This document shows positions 1-13,910 of a stretch of 64,000 nucleotides of DNA, piece after piece. The notes beneath the pieces were generated by a model that worked only from the letters and a program-made list of their open reading frames with translations, made no database searches and was not told where the DNA came from. The DNA comes from Convolutriloba macropyga. Its lineage: Eukaryota. Position numbers and translations under genes: made by a program. Every line of letters starts with the position of its first letter. Position 1 is the first letter of the stretch. The DNA lies in assembly GCF_964194025.1 (NCBI RefSeq), contig NC_134471.1, positions 45,694,001 through 45,758,000 of the forward strand, in the 5' to 3' direction.

Positions 1-26
1 AATACTTAAATAGCATTGCAGCAGCG

Positions 27-1400
27 ATGATGTTTATTAGTGGCAAAGAACCCGTAAATAAACCAGGACATCACCAATGGAAAGTAAAAAGAGCAGCTTT
101 AATTTTACATACTTTACTAGGACCAGCTCAAAAGTGGTACTCCACTCTACCAAGTGAAACAAAACTGGATTGGGAAATATTCTGCAAAGAATTCTCAGAC
201 ATATTCGATTCAGAGAAATCAAAAAAACAAGCGAAAATAAAGTTACAACAACTACAGAAACATACGAATGAATCCCTACGATCATTAGCATTACGAATTG
301 GAACATTAGTAAAAACAGCATATTCACTCTATACAGAGGACTATAGAAATAGTGTAATGAACCAAACATTTATCAGATGCTTGGACAACGAAATAAAAAC
401 ATCAGCTTTGAAGAAACATGCAAACCATAAACAAACGCCCAGAGAACCAGAAATGCCATTCAAAACATTAGTCGATAAAATTGACCAGATGGACTTAACA
501 AGAACAATAACTAATAATCATAAAAGATTATATGAATTCAACCAAACTACGTCAAATAACAACGAAAATCTCAAACAAATGAACGCAGCTTGTAACAATA
601 TTAACGATCTAAACCAGAATGACCTGGAACAGTTTGAAGGAGCAATCTGTAACTTTCTTAACGGAATTAACAACACATATGATAGAAAAAACTTGGAAGA
701 CCGAAGTTTGCACTATTTTGCAGCTATTGCAGCTCTTATGGACACAAAAAAGGCAGATGCTTTAAAAGACCACGACGAGAAAGCATTACACGACCAAAAG
801 AAAAGTCATTCTATGGACACATGAGAAATAACCAGAAGCTACCAAATAGAAAAATTGATTCAAACAATGTTAATGAACAAGCACGAAGCAGAACAACATA
901 TAGATCACAATCACGAAATGGATACTGCAATAATCCCATTAGTAAATATAACAGAAATCAACAAGATTTCAGAAATTTTTACAGAAATAACAATGATAGA
1001 AGTGGCAGCTATAATAGAATCAATTATAATAGAAGTAGAACTAATAGCTACAATACAAACAGTAATTATAACAGATACGACAATAGTAGATCAAACTCGA
1101 GATATTCGAACCGTAGTTTTTCAAGACAAAATTCACCATACAACAGAAGTAATAACAATAACTACAACAACAATAAATATAACAGACAAAGAAACTTTCG
1201 CAGAGACTGAAACAGAAGTGATAGATATAGACAACGATCAAATAGTAACAATAGACATTATTCTTACAATAACAGAGACAATAGAACAAGTTCATCAAAT
1301 AGAGAACAAAACAATAGATACCAACCAAGAGATCGCAGTAAAGACGGAAACAGTTACAATAGCTACAATAAAAACAGAATAAACAACATAGAAGGACAAA
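27..1400 (+). pseudogene. gag: gag: capsid-like region, CCHC zinc knuckle and R/S/N/Y-rich nucleocapsid tail
   Basis: ORF 27-824 has gag-like segments (AQKWYSTLP..DWEIFCKEFSDIF, QTFIRCL). After a frameshift near 690, frame 2 reads CSYCSSYGHKKGRC (CX2CX4HX4C, 719-760) and runs into the RSNSRY-rich ORF 821-1210. The TGA at 1208 is a point stop; the frame continues beyond it. Confidence 0.9.
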
Positions 1401-1589
1401 CACAAAATGATGATCCACCTGGAATAGATGAGAACGAGTACTCATCAGAATCATCTAATGAAGACCAAGAAATATTAGATAAATTTTACAACGCAAACGA
1501 AGACACATGCAATACCGTAATAAATACACTAGAAAGCAACCATACCTGGATATTACCGATGTACCAATATAACAAACTAGAACAAGATT

Positions 1590-2921
1590 GTACTAAGCAG
1601 AAACCAATACTCGAAATCGATTTCCTATTATATTCTGGAGCAACATAGAACCTCTTGAACGAAGATACATGGAACGAGATAAAATACAACAACCCAGAAA
1701 TACAACTCGAAAAAGCTAACAAAACACTTACAGCAGCAAATAATATCACCATAGAAACATTCGGGACAGTAACACTTAATTTAACACCAGAACGAACGTC
1801 GAACAGCAGAAATAAACTTCAACAAAACTTTAATATCTATTTTTATATAACACAATGCAATCATAACATTCTGGGAACCCCGTTCTTCGAAGAATATATA
1901 GAAACCATTAATGTGAACACAAATAAACTAACAGTAAATAACTTTATAGATAACAATATTACTTTCTTTATGAACAGAACAAAAGGATATCCCTACTATT
2001 CTAGATTATACCCAATCTTCAATAGAGAACCAATGTACTTTGAGGAAAACCAGCACGAATGCATTACCTTTCCAATACCAATTGTCAATGAAATGGAACC
2101 ATCAAGTGGAAAAACATTTAATAAATCATTCTACTTTTTTGAACCGATAAACAGATACCAAAACTTATCATTCACAGATATAAAAGATCTCTCACTAGAA
2201 AAAGAACACTTTATCGACATATTTCTAATCAACAAAAATCAACATAAAATAACAATCAACACTGGATTACTCGGCTTTATATAACATTCTGGGAACCCCG
2301 TTCTTCGAAGAATATATAGAAACCATGAATGTGAACACAAATAAACTAACAGTAAATACCTTTATAGATAACCATATTACTTTCTTTATGAACAGAACAA
2401 AAGGATATCCCTACTATTCTAGATTATACCCAATCTTCAATAGAGAACCAATGTACTTTGAGGAAAACCAGCACGAATGCATTACCTTTCCAATACCAAT
2501 TGTCAATGAAATGGAACCATCAAGTGGAAAAACATTTAATAAATCATTCTACTTTTTTGAACCGATAAACAAATACCAAAACTTATCATTCACAGATATA
2601 AAAGATCTCTCACTAGAAAAAGAACACTTTATCGACATATTTCTAATCAACAAAAATCAACATAAAATAACAATCAACACTGGATTACTCGGCTTTATAT
2701 ATCAAAACATCACTTTTAGAAAGCACAACGAAGAAATGTACCAAACAAACTCAATAGACTTATTTGCAGTATTATACCATTTAATATACGAAAACGAAAA
2801 CGATATCAATGAAATTTTAAATATACAAGACAATGAAACAATTGAACAAGTCGCAACATTTGAAGGAAAACCTAATTTCAAATGCAAACTCAATATTAAC
2901 AAATGCACGGAAACAGAGTAA
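1590..2921 (+). pseudogene. Aspartic protease (inactivated) and PR-RT spacer
   Basis: IDFLLYSGAT*NLL at 1616-1657: catalytic DSG mutated to YSG, stop at 1646. The C-terminal ILGTPF motif is near 1868. Same frame as gag. Confidence 0.85.
1863..2698 (+). repeat. 418-bp tandem duplication inside pol
   Basis: ataacattctgggaacccc begins at both 1863 and 2281. The two copies differ by only about 4 substitutions. Confidence 0.95.
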
Positions 2922-2933
2922 GAATTCATCCAA

Positions 2934-4400
2934 ATGTTTGATTTTCAGCACCCATATTTAACACAAGAAGAATTGGAAAAAGTAGTATCAATCATATTAG
3001 AATACAAACAAGTTTACGCAACAACAAAGTTTTACGTCGGAAAAACTAAAGTAAAACTGAACCTACCAATGAAAAAAGATGCAATCTTTAAAAAACAAAG
3101 AATCACTAAAGTACCGATACAAATTCGAGAACAAATTCAAAAACTACTCGATGTATTAAAAAAATACGCCATAATTGCACCTGTCAATAAAGAAAAACTA
3201 TCAACGGGAAATATCTTCACAAACCCCGTAATAATACTACGAAAAAGAGAATCCTTAAAGATCGTATTGGACGCTCGATACTTGAATAGCATGATAGATG
3301 AATCCAAATGCAATTGGCCCATTGAACCTGTTGACGTGGCACTAACACGAATAAACGGAACAATATTTACAACAGCTGATCTCAATAGTGCGTACAACCA
3401 GATACCACTAGATGAACAATCAATGAGATACACTCATTTCACAATCGGCAATGAACAATATTGCTTGAAACGATTTTTTTATGCAATATCAATAGGACCT
3501 GCAGCCTTTGCATCAGTACTAACACACTCTCTTTACCCCTTAATCAGAAAAGGAACAGTAATCACCTATGTCGATGACATTTTTATCCAAACAAACTCGT
3601 ACGAACAGATGTATGAAACACTGATAGAATATCAAAAAAATACTATTGAAGAAAACCTTAAAGCAGCACCTGATAAAACGTATTTCATGCTAAAAAAAGT
3701 CAAATTTCTAGGACACATTATAGAAGACAAGAAAGTAAAACCACTAACTTCAAGAATTGATGGTTTCCAAAAACTGGAACCACCAACAAGTATGAAAGCA
3801 CTCCAAAGATACCTCGGAACAATAAACTTTCTTGCAAAATATATCTACGGCATGCAACCATTACTACAACCATTATATAACCTTCTACACAAAGAAAGTG
3901 ATTTCAAATGGACAAAAGAACATCAAACAATTTTCGAACAAATGAAAAGAACAAAAACACACAATTTAGAGTTAACAATGCCAGATACTACGAAACCCTT
4001 CTACATAGTAACAGATGCTTCGAATACAGGCATAGGCGCAGCATTACTACAACAACAACCAACTGAGAAGAAAATGAGATTATTCTCAGCGAATTCAAGA
4101 CTATTCACACCTATAGAAATGCGACTATCCACACTAATTCGAGAATGTTCAGCAATAATAGTCTCTCTAACAGAATATGAATTCTTGCTAACAGGCTAAA
4201 ACCATCCAATTGTATTATTTACTGATCACAAACCGATCATTTACCTCTTCACTCAGAAAAAAAAACCTAGCAATAGAGTCTACAGATTTCAACTCATTCT
4301 AATGAAATTTCCAAATTTACACATTGTTTGGACAGAGGGAAAAAACCTAGCACTCCCCGATCTTCTGAGTAGAACAATTGATGAAGAACATATTACTAAA
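2934..4400 (+). pseudogene. pol: Reverse transcriptase and RNase H
   Basis: VLDARYLN, DLNSAYNQI, ITYVDDIFI, VKFLGH, IVTDAS. After the stop at 4197 the frame continues with FTDHKP and LPDLLSR. Confidence 0.97.
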
Positions 4401-5109
4401 ACTCGTGATATAACAGTGGAAATACCAGAAAACATAGTTTTTCTTCGCGAAAACACCTTTTGCAAATAACCTAGAATGCAAATACAGCTTATGTAACAAC
4501 ACAAATGACACAAAAAGTCACAAAAAACACACCACCCAGTATTAGCAAACATACATAACATTTATTTCGAGATAAACATCGATAAAAACGAATATTGTCC
4601 AATTTCAATCGAAAAATACAATACCGAAACTAAAACCAATTTAGTACCAAAATATAAACCAAAAATAAAAAACTGGCAATCTCCAATAGTAGAAAAAAAC
4701 GATCTCATTATTGGGAAAAACCAAAAAGGACCCTATACAACACATCACGATAATGACTACCTAAGACTGATCAATAACATAAACTTAAAAACAAAACAAC
4801 AACAAAATTACGAAAACACGAAAATATCAGATATCTTCTGTGACGAAAAAACAAAAGTAACTGAAGAATTAATAAGAGAAACAAAAATATTAGATCTTGT
4901 ACTTCATAAAGTAAAAATGTGGAAAAAACATAACAATAAACCGCACTCAGTAACAATGGAAATACGTGGAAACAAAGGACTATTCCCATACTTTAGAAAG
5001 TTTAAATCAATAATAGTTGATGAACGATCTGGAATAATCAAAATAATCATAATCATACACAAAAAAATCGACACAAAGAATCTGTTTACCATTGACATTG
5101 GTACTCTGT

Positions 5110-6407
5110 AAATTCTATGAGAACCATTGCATTGACCTAGTAGGTCACACAGGCCTTGAAAAAACAAAACGTAAAATAATGGACAAAATACTGTTTTCCA
5201 AACCTCAATACTTGGCTAAAAATAATAATAGCTGATTGTATACAATGGCAAACAAACAAAGTGTTTGCCAATACGAGAACAAAAAGCAAACAAGAACAAT
5301 TAGCCACAACAAAAACATATTTCAACGAAATGATAATGGTCGACACAAAAGGACCAATCCACCCAACTTCTGAAGAAAAAAACTATATCTTCGTGATAGT
5401 TGATGCAATTTCACATTACGTAACGATAAGGTGTGCACCAAAAAATAACGCACATTACGCATTCACAGCATTATTCAAACATTGGTTCATGAAATTCGGA
5501 CTACTCGTAGAAATTAGATCGGATAACGGATCAGAATACATTAACACAGAAGTAACACACCTTTGTAACTATTTTGAAATCAAATTCAAACCCTGTACAA
5601 CCTATGAACCCTGGACCAACGGTCTAGTAGAAGGAACAATTAGAATAATTGGACAAATTGTTCGAACTTTATTACAGGATAAATACAATAATTGGTCACA
5701 GAAAGCAAAATTTTTCCCCTACGCATATAATACACAATACCAAACAAGATTAGGTATGTCACCATATAAAGTTGTTTTTAACCAAAAACAACGAAAGTCA
5801 ACAAAGATAAAACTTGGAACAACAACAGATGAGATGGGAAACTGCAACCCAACTGAAACAATTACATGTAACACACAACCAACACACACCCATTTAGAAA
5901 AACATTTTAGTCACCCAAAAATTGCAAACCTTCAGAAAGGAACATTTGCCAAATGGTTCCTAAACAAAGAAAAACACTACAATGAAACATATAAAACGAT
6001 AACCTAAATTCTACAAAACAGAAAAAAATTAACGGATAAAATAAATCTTAGATTCAGAACAGCAAAACCACTCGAGAAAAATACTTTTGCATTAGTAACA
6101 AATCAACAACAAGTTGATGGAGTTTATAAAAAAAACTTTTACCTCTAAAAACAGGACCTTATCTTATCATCGATAAGCCCACGGAAACAACATACATACT
6201 AAAAGATAACAATAAAGAACAAATAACAATACACGGAAATCACATTGTACCATACTACCCTAAAGAAAAACATATAAAGTTGGAACTACAAAACTATCTT
6301 CCTACAAAAAAAATACCAATATTGAAACAACCACACGAAAAAGTTAAACGAGAACGAGCAATACAACAATCAGATGAACCGAAAAATCATCAATATAATC
6401 TTCGCAA
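5110..6407 (+). pseudogene. Integrase (decayed HHCC region, DDE core, C-terminal region)
   Basis: H..GHTG near 5125-5155; CIQW (C2 mutated) near 5236; MVDTKGP, IRSDNGSEY, NGLVE, AYNT..LGMSPY. Ends in YNLR just before the gap. Confidence 0.95.
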
Positions 6408-6661
6408 NNNNNNNNNNNNNNNNNNNNNNNNNNNNNNNNNNNNNNNNNNNNNNNNNNNNNNNNNNNNNNNNNNNNNNNNNNNNNNNNNNNNNNNNNNNNN
6501 NNNNNNNNNNNNNNNNNNNNNNNNNNNNNNNNNNNNNNNNNNNNNNNNNNNNNNNNNNNNNNNNNNNNNNNNNNNNNNNNNNNNNNNNNNNNNNNNNNNN
6601 NNNNNNNNNNNNNNNNNNNNNNNNNNNNNNNNNNNNNNNNNNNNNNNNNNNNNNNNNNNNN
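6408..6661. other. Assembly gap
   Basis: Run of N. Confidence 1.
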
Positions 6662-9600
6662 AATAATGAGAAGAATAATAACTATAACAATAATCAGACT
6701 GACCTTAAATTGCTACATAATATAACACTATATAAATGCTTCATATTCTGATAATGTTCACCCAATATTATACTATAATACACCTATCCACAACTCGACT
6801 ACTATATTCAATACGGAACTAATTTCGAATACATCATCCTACTTTTAATCAATACTTTATCCTTTTGAAGCATCCAGTACTCTACTACTTTGTTAACATC
6901 CAGTATTCTATTACATACAGTACTTTATTACACTTGCACACTTCACTAACCCGAAAATTGTGTGCATACCTCCAGAATATTAGAAAAATAAAGTAAAAAG
7001 ACACATTATTGAATGAAAACATTAATATACAAATTGGAATACAAATGAAAACAAAAGCACATCAAAACTAAAAGGTGTTAACAACCACCTAACCTCTAAC
7101 CTCTATAATCTATGTCGACTAGCAACTATGTGAATAAGTACCAAGTTTATAAAACAAAATGTTACTAAACCATGTTACTAAACAATGTTCAATGAATAAC
7201 AGTTTAAAACAAACAAAATTTAATAGATTAACGATATGCATTAACACCTTCTAGTGAAACAAGATATAAAAACGATATTAATATAAACGAATACTACTCT
7301 TTCAACAATCAAATGACAAACTGAACTAACACCGTCTTCACCAACATTGTCCACCATCATCTTCCTCTTCCACTCTCTTCTTTCACCACCTTCACCAACA
7401 TTGTTCACCATCATCTTACTTATTCACCATCACCATCCATATTGCATAACAAATAAACAAATGACAACAAATTCAAATAACAAACCGAATCTCCAGACAG
7501 GATATACTAATACTAATAGGTTTTGATAGTAGCCCTTGGAATCACCACTAATGAATGGAAAAAAGGGTCTCATGTAAACAATGAAATCAAAACACAAAAT
7601 AATCAAAAAACAAATGGTATCATGTTGTTCACAAGCTTGGAACTGGAAGAGACATCATGAAATTGTCAACATTACAAACAATAAACAATCCATCAAACAA
7701 TTAAAACAATCTAACAACAAATAAAACCCAATAACCGTATGCCCTCACGTTCGAGGATTCACGGAATGGAATAGATACTTTGAAGAAGTTAAAGTTGCAA
7801 AAGAACAGTAAACAACGTACACACAAAAGTAAAATTGCAAACTAACAAGAGTAAATTCAATAACCGAGTAAACCCTGTTACAACAACAATTAGTAAAGAA
7901 CAAGGAAATAAATAATAAAACGGAAGTTAACACATAAAATATAAGACGAATAACCGTTTACGTGTAAATTCCTGTAGATAACTTCCTGTAGATAACAATT
8001 CAAGTAACAACGAAGTTCTGTAACCGTGAACAGTTATAACATACAAAGTGCTATATAAAACACACGCTATAATATAACTGTCGATTAGTTAGATCGTAAA
8101 GCAACCGTATAACGACGCCCATGTAAACGTAACAAGTCACGTATACATCCGCTAATATACATCTTTTCCACACATCTCTGCCAACTCACATCTCTAATTG
8201 ACACATAAATCCACTATCTAAAACACATACGATTTAACATGTTTTTATGACAGTTCACACCGTCTATGTCAGTTAACAAACCTATAATGACATTCTTCCA
8301 TGCATTCACCCATACAGACATTCTTACATGTATTCTAATACATAATAGTGGAAATGCATACCACCAGAAAACATTAATAACCATTCCAATAACAATATTG
8401 ATAACATCATTCTTAAATTACACAGTTCGTCTCATCGGTCGGACAACTTTCGACTACATAGATGGATTCGGCTATATGAACACTTGTACAAGAACTACAA
8501 GTGTACGTCATAAAATTTTGAATACGTCACAACCTCTATAAGTTATAAAACAAACGGACGTTAAATCCAAAGACTGACGTCATTATAAACCAACGGACGT
8601 CATCTCGAACCAATGCCATCACACTCATTAGTACCTCATTAGTACCTTCATTAGCAAAAGAAAACCGATGATCGAAAGTAACAAGGACCCATTAACAAAG
8701 CAAAAGAAATTGACACAAACAAGAAAAAGACAACCTGACAATCTTTTTATACCTTCATAGTTGAAGAGATTTAAGAACAAATTATAGGGACTTAGCATTT
8801 CCCTGCAAACGCAATTAGTAACAAAAAGATAATGTCATACCCATTAACAATTGCAACACCATGAACGAGATGGTGAGTACCATGATAGATCTGACGAAGA
8901 TCAATTAGCAGTTGAGGTTATCACTTCGATTGTACAAAAATCAATTTGAAGTTGACAAAACTATCGAATAACCAATTAACTTTTGCACCACACTACTTAG
9001 TAACAAATTACCTTCTCCATCAAGTTATTAGTAACAATCAAAGTTGACGCCACAAGACACCTATTGATTAACGGAAAACTTGAAAATAAATGTTAACGAG
9101 TAAATAGACAACATAATTAGACTAACTACCATAATCATACCATGACGAAAGCACGTCATTATACCATCAAACATACCAATTACAGGAGAAAAACAATCAC
9201 ATAACAAAGTTAAGGAAACTTCAAACGAATCGTGTAATTCTAAAACTTCGACACTCCAGAAACTAATTAGATCCCAAAAATTGTGAAATTATCAACTTCA
9301 AGAAACAAACAAGAAAAACGGAAGACATCTAAATGTCAGGAGAATTGTAAAAAGCAACAGAAAGTAAAACAGAAATTATTACAACGATTTTTGTCTCGTA
9401 CAGATCACTACCTCAGTAAAACTTGAATATTTTGAAAATCTCAGCTAAGCTGAAAACACAAAACAAAACTTGTTATACTCAGACAGAAAAATTTCATAAC
9501 TTCATTTCTAAAATAACATTCTTTCTGACTTGCCTCAGATTTTAATAACTTTCTAAAATTTTGATCCTCAATTCCATGGCCAACCTGTATTGTCACACTA

Positions 9601-9882
9601 CATTCAAACGAATTCAATTCATTTTGAAATTTTCTTTTCAGTAAAAACTCAAATCATTTCTATAAACCGATAAACCGATAAACTCCAATTTTTCAGACAG
9701 TTATAACAAATTTGTTTCTTTTGTCATCAACCATTCTCCACAAAACATTTCAACAACAAAAGATAAACCGAATTATTTCAATTTTATTTCTGAGAAACTA
9801 ATTCACCATTATAGCCTTCACTCTAATGAAGTACCACACATGCTTAGTGTATCACAGTTTATGCAATCACAGTTATTTGTTT

Positions 9883-10143
9883 CACAATTATTTGTTTATA
9901 TTGGAAGGTAAAACTGAAACTGGACAAGAAATAAAACTTTTTTGGTGAGAACAACATTTTGAATTACTCAAGAACACAGCACCTTGCACCGAAACAATTA
10001 CGGAATTTGAAACGCTGAAACAATTAATTAACACAGATAGGTGTGTTGATATAAACAAACTACATACAGTTTTTCTAGTAGTTTGCAAAAAAGAAGCTAT
10101 AGAATTGTTAGACGATAAACTAAAAGAAGAGAACCATACATGA
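9883..10143 (+). pseudogene. Remnant of an unknown accessory ORF
   Basis: Protein-like frame HNYLFILEGKTETGQEIKLFW*EQHFELLKN...DDKLKEENHT with one internal stop. No recognisable motif. Confidence 0.35.
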
Positions 10144-10690
10144 TACCTATTATAGTCATAGTTGTGTATCTATAGAAGCACAAGAACTTGCTAGTGCGGC
10201 ACCTTTACGTGTCAGTTACATTAGTAGATAACTGTCACTTTGCAGTGGAGCATTGTATACAAAACAAATTTTGCAAAACAATTTCACATTTAAATAAAGT
10301 TACGATATAACATACTATCACACACACGCACTTCCTACAAAACAATTAATACAAACAAAAACACAGTAATTTCAGTTTCAAAAATTTATTTCCCAGACGC
10401 ATTAATAGCAAGATACATACAATTATCTAAAATAATATTCTTCCTAACTATCTTTCTAGTACCCTGCATAGTTGTTATTTCTACGTACTTAGCAATAGTA
10501 ACAATAAACGAAGTTATCAGAAACCGTAGAGTTATCTATGCAAGTCCACCAGTACAATAATACAGTAACAACTAATGAACGAAATTCACACCGATATATA
10601 CCATATATGTAAAACCAATACAGATAATATAGAACTAGAAATTTTTAAATTCATTAAAGTTGCACTCCTAATTTATTTCTTCCTTCGCAT

Positions 10691-12126
10691 GTGTTTAGGT
10701 TTAATAGAATATTTCATGAACCTATAATAATTGATCCTATCTCAGATATAGAAGAATCAATATATTACAGGCTACACTACCAAAAATTCTATTTACAAAT
10801 AAGATTCCCTGAAAATTCACCATTACACGGCAGCGTTATTATTTATCAATTAAATCTTCGCCTAGAAAATAACGAAATTTGCATATATAATCTAGGAGCA
10901 CAAACACAGCCACCACAACAAGAACTTATACCACTAATAATACTAGCACCATCATACATTCAACTTCCCTCACACGGACCTAGTTCAGGAGCACGAATAT
11001 AATCCGCAAAAATTGCGTCATCAAACAATAACCATAGTAACAACAATAACAATCAAGAAAGACCACATCATAACGAAGTCACAGATTTAGCAAATATACC
11101 AACATCCCCGGAAGTAGATGATAATTTAAACCCAGGAAACGAAAATCCATACACTGTACGGCGAGACTGCCCCGAAAGAAGAGACCTCTTAAGAGCACGA
11201 CGTAGATCTTCTTTATCATTTCCAACACAAGATTCAACATTAGTTTCAGATGGTTCAACAGATATTGATTCCACCATAATTAGACCTATAGAAGCAGGAC
11301 AGTCAGAACCTCCAAGTAGAACTGGAACACCAACATTGCGCAAATTTAGTATAGGTTCACCAAGTGATAATTCGGCTTATAATACAATCAGAACACCAAC
11401 ACCATCCGAAATAAGAGCAAACCCCTTCTTACCACCTACATTCCAACAAAGACAAAACTTTAACTTTGTTCAAGAACAGTTCCGAGTACAACCACTACAG
11501 TCACCAAGTAGCTCACTCTTGTCAGCAACATCACCACAATCCGCAAGTACTAGCTCAACACCACGAAGAGCAAATCAAACTTCATCATCAAACACATCAG
11601 TAAGTATAGCAAGAGTCGATCTGACAGACTCCTTACAACCACCGAGGAATACAGCTTTATCCCCAGCGTCATTTATACCAGAAATAAGACTTCAATTAAG
11701 CCATCCTGGTAGAACACGATCAAGACCAATACTAAACCCAAACCCAACCACTCGAAGTAGGACTAATGAACACACATATCTTTTTGCATTAGATCACAAA
11801 AGTTGGAATCCACCACTACCACTATACGGACCCACTAATTTAGGAGACACACTTACAAACTGGTCACGAAATAGATTAATTAACACCCTTGAAGTCTTAG
11901 CAAATCCAAGTCTATAACTCAAATTTAACACTACAATAAAATACGACACTATCTTTAAACATCCATTTCATGCAACTACACCATCGATAATAACAACTAC
12001 GACCCAGCACCTTTTATTTGCACTGATTTTATATATAAAGTTGACAGATAGAAAAAACAAACATTAGGATTTGCAACATTCTATAATCCACACACCGGTT
12101 TATCAGATACATGTCGCTTCAGTTAA
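10691..12126 (+). pseudogene. Accessory ORF upstream of env: S/T/P-rich middle and conserved C-terminal domain
   Basis: ORFs 10691-11002 and 11336-11917 are in one frame. The C-terminus (GDTLTNWSRNRL..HATTPS..FICT..PHTGLS..C) is conserved in the inverted copy at 30951-31216. Confidence 0.7.
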
Positions 12127-13230
12127 AAGCCATAATACTAATATTGTTATTAATAATAACATACATTTACATGAATATAGAAACAAAAACACAATTAGAA
12201 CACAGACTAAATAACCGTGTTAAACAACGTATCAAGGATCGTATAAAAGAAAGAATGGCAGTACAGATAAAAAAATTTCTAAACAAAAACAAAGCAATAA
12301 ATACAAATACATTATACACATTCAACTAGGAGAAATTCAATAACCTTGAAAAACATATATTGAACAATAACACCAAATTTAAAACTAATCCACAATATTT
12401 CACCTATGACACCATAATAAAAGAACTAGAAGAGTTTAAAAACAGTTCAGACTACGAAGCAATGTGGGAAATAGCCATTCATAAATGGACACGAAATTGG
12501 AATTTCTATAGAGAACAATTAACAAACAGTATAATAGAGAAATTCAAGATGAACAATAAAAGACAAAAAAGACAAGCAAAAGTAGACTTTGTAGAACTAA
12601 CAGGACAAAACATTAATGGCTCTGCAACTGGACCACAAGACGTCTTCATAGAACATTACGATTGCGATGCAGAAGAAATTACTAATGTTAAGTATTATGA
12701 ACTAAACAAAATTAGTACATGTAAATTCAAACCACTCGATTTAGATTTGACAAAAACCGAAGTACAACTATTATCAAAAGCACAAGCAGTAGAAATAAAA
12801 GCGTACGCAGTTATTGGAACAATCAAAGAACGCGTGGAATGGTGTTCACAACACACTGATTATCTTAGAGCTAACATACCTAGTTATTACGTCTCAGATG
12901 CACGAAGAACAAAACTATTAGATGCAGATGAAGTTTGAAACGAACTCGCTAGAATTAACCTCCTAAAAACACAAAATATAAACCAACACGATATAATATT
13001 TCATTTAAATACATAGCAAACCCACCACTTCAGAAAAAGATCGAAGACATGCAAGGCAGAATACAATTTGAATTTGATACTCCTATTGTACCCGATGTGG
13101 ATACCAAATGAAATTTAAAATGCTTTGTCAAACTGCAAGAAAGGACCAAGAAAACAAAACAGAATAGATATACTAGATTAGACATTAGAAATAAAAGAAG
13201 TATCATTAATACTAAACTTGGACACTGAAG
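12111..13230 (+). pseudogene. env: Envelope glycoprotein, N-terminal part, class III fusogen-like (chuvirus/Monjiviricetes G-like)
   Basis: Hydrophobic N-terminus (AIILILLLIITYIY), furin-type RQKR, then HYDC..NVKYYELNKISTC..EVQLLS..IKERVEWCSQH. The spacing matches the remembered YDC..C..IQLLQ..R..YC..H pattern of chuvirus-type glycoproteins. Stops and a deletion are present. Confidence 0.7.
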
Positions 13231-13269
13231 AAACATCAAATATGGGAACAAGCACATTCGATCACCTAG

Positions 13270-13910
13270 TAGCAAAAGCATCTCAGGATCTCTCAGCATA
13301 TAGCGTATTTGAACACGAAATTTTCCAACTTAGTTTCAACTTTCTCCATTCCACTCCAAAAGATGTACATAACAATAACTTTCGTGTACATGAAAACAAA
13401 CTGATCCACAATATGATCTAGCACACCTTCTTCTTCAGAGATAAAGAGCCTTATACAGATAAAAGCTACATCTATATCAATGATCATTTAACATCCCCCT
13501 ACTTTCTGATTTATGGATATAAACTGAAATGGGAACACATCATTGGAACACTCCGAAATTTTGACCCCATAAATAATTATTACATCTTCCTACCTAAGGA
13601 TTCACCTGAAAAACCCTTGATGGTACCTCTCGAGGCACTTGAACGTTGCGAAGAGTACCATACATATCATTTAGAAGGAAGCGTAACAAACAGAGCTTTC
13701 AGTAACAGTACTCAATATAACAATGAACGAAAAGCAACAGATCTTGAAAAAGAGCTAAGGAAGACTGTAAAAGCTTCGATTACGGAAACAAAAATCAACG
13801 AAGTCACTGACCTGTTGGCGTACTTTCTCTCACATGATGAACATTTTGTAAAGGAGTATAAACATTACAGAAATCGGAATAGCCATCCTCAGCAAACAGA
13901 GAAATTGTAA
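13270..13910 (+). pseudogene. Accessory ORF remnant downstream of env
   Basis: Open frame from about 13488 to 13910 (LTSPYFLIYGYKLKWEHIIGTLRNFDP..PLMVPLEAL..), preceded by a frameshifted segment. Confidence 0.5.

Noticed and set aside
855-1454. Overlapping ORFs 855-1382 (+) and 1041-1454 (-)
   Set aside because: Alternative-frame shadows of the low-complexity R/S/N-rich gag tail.
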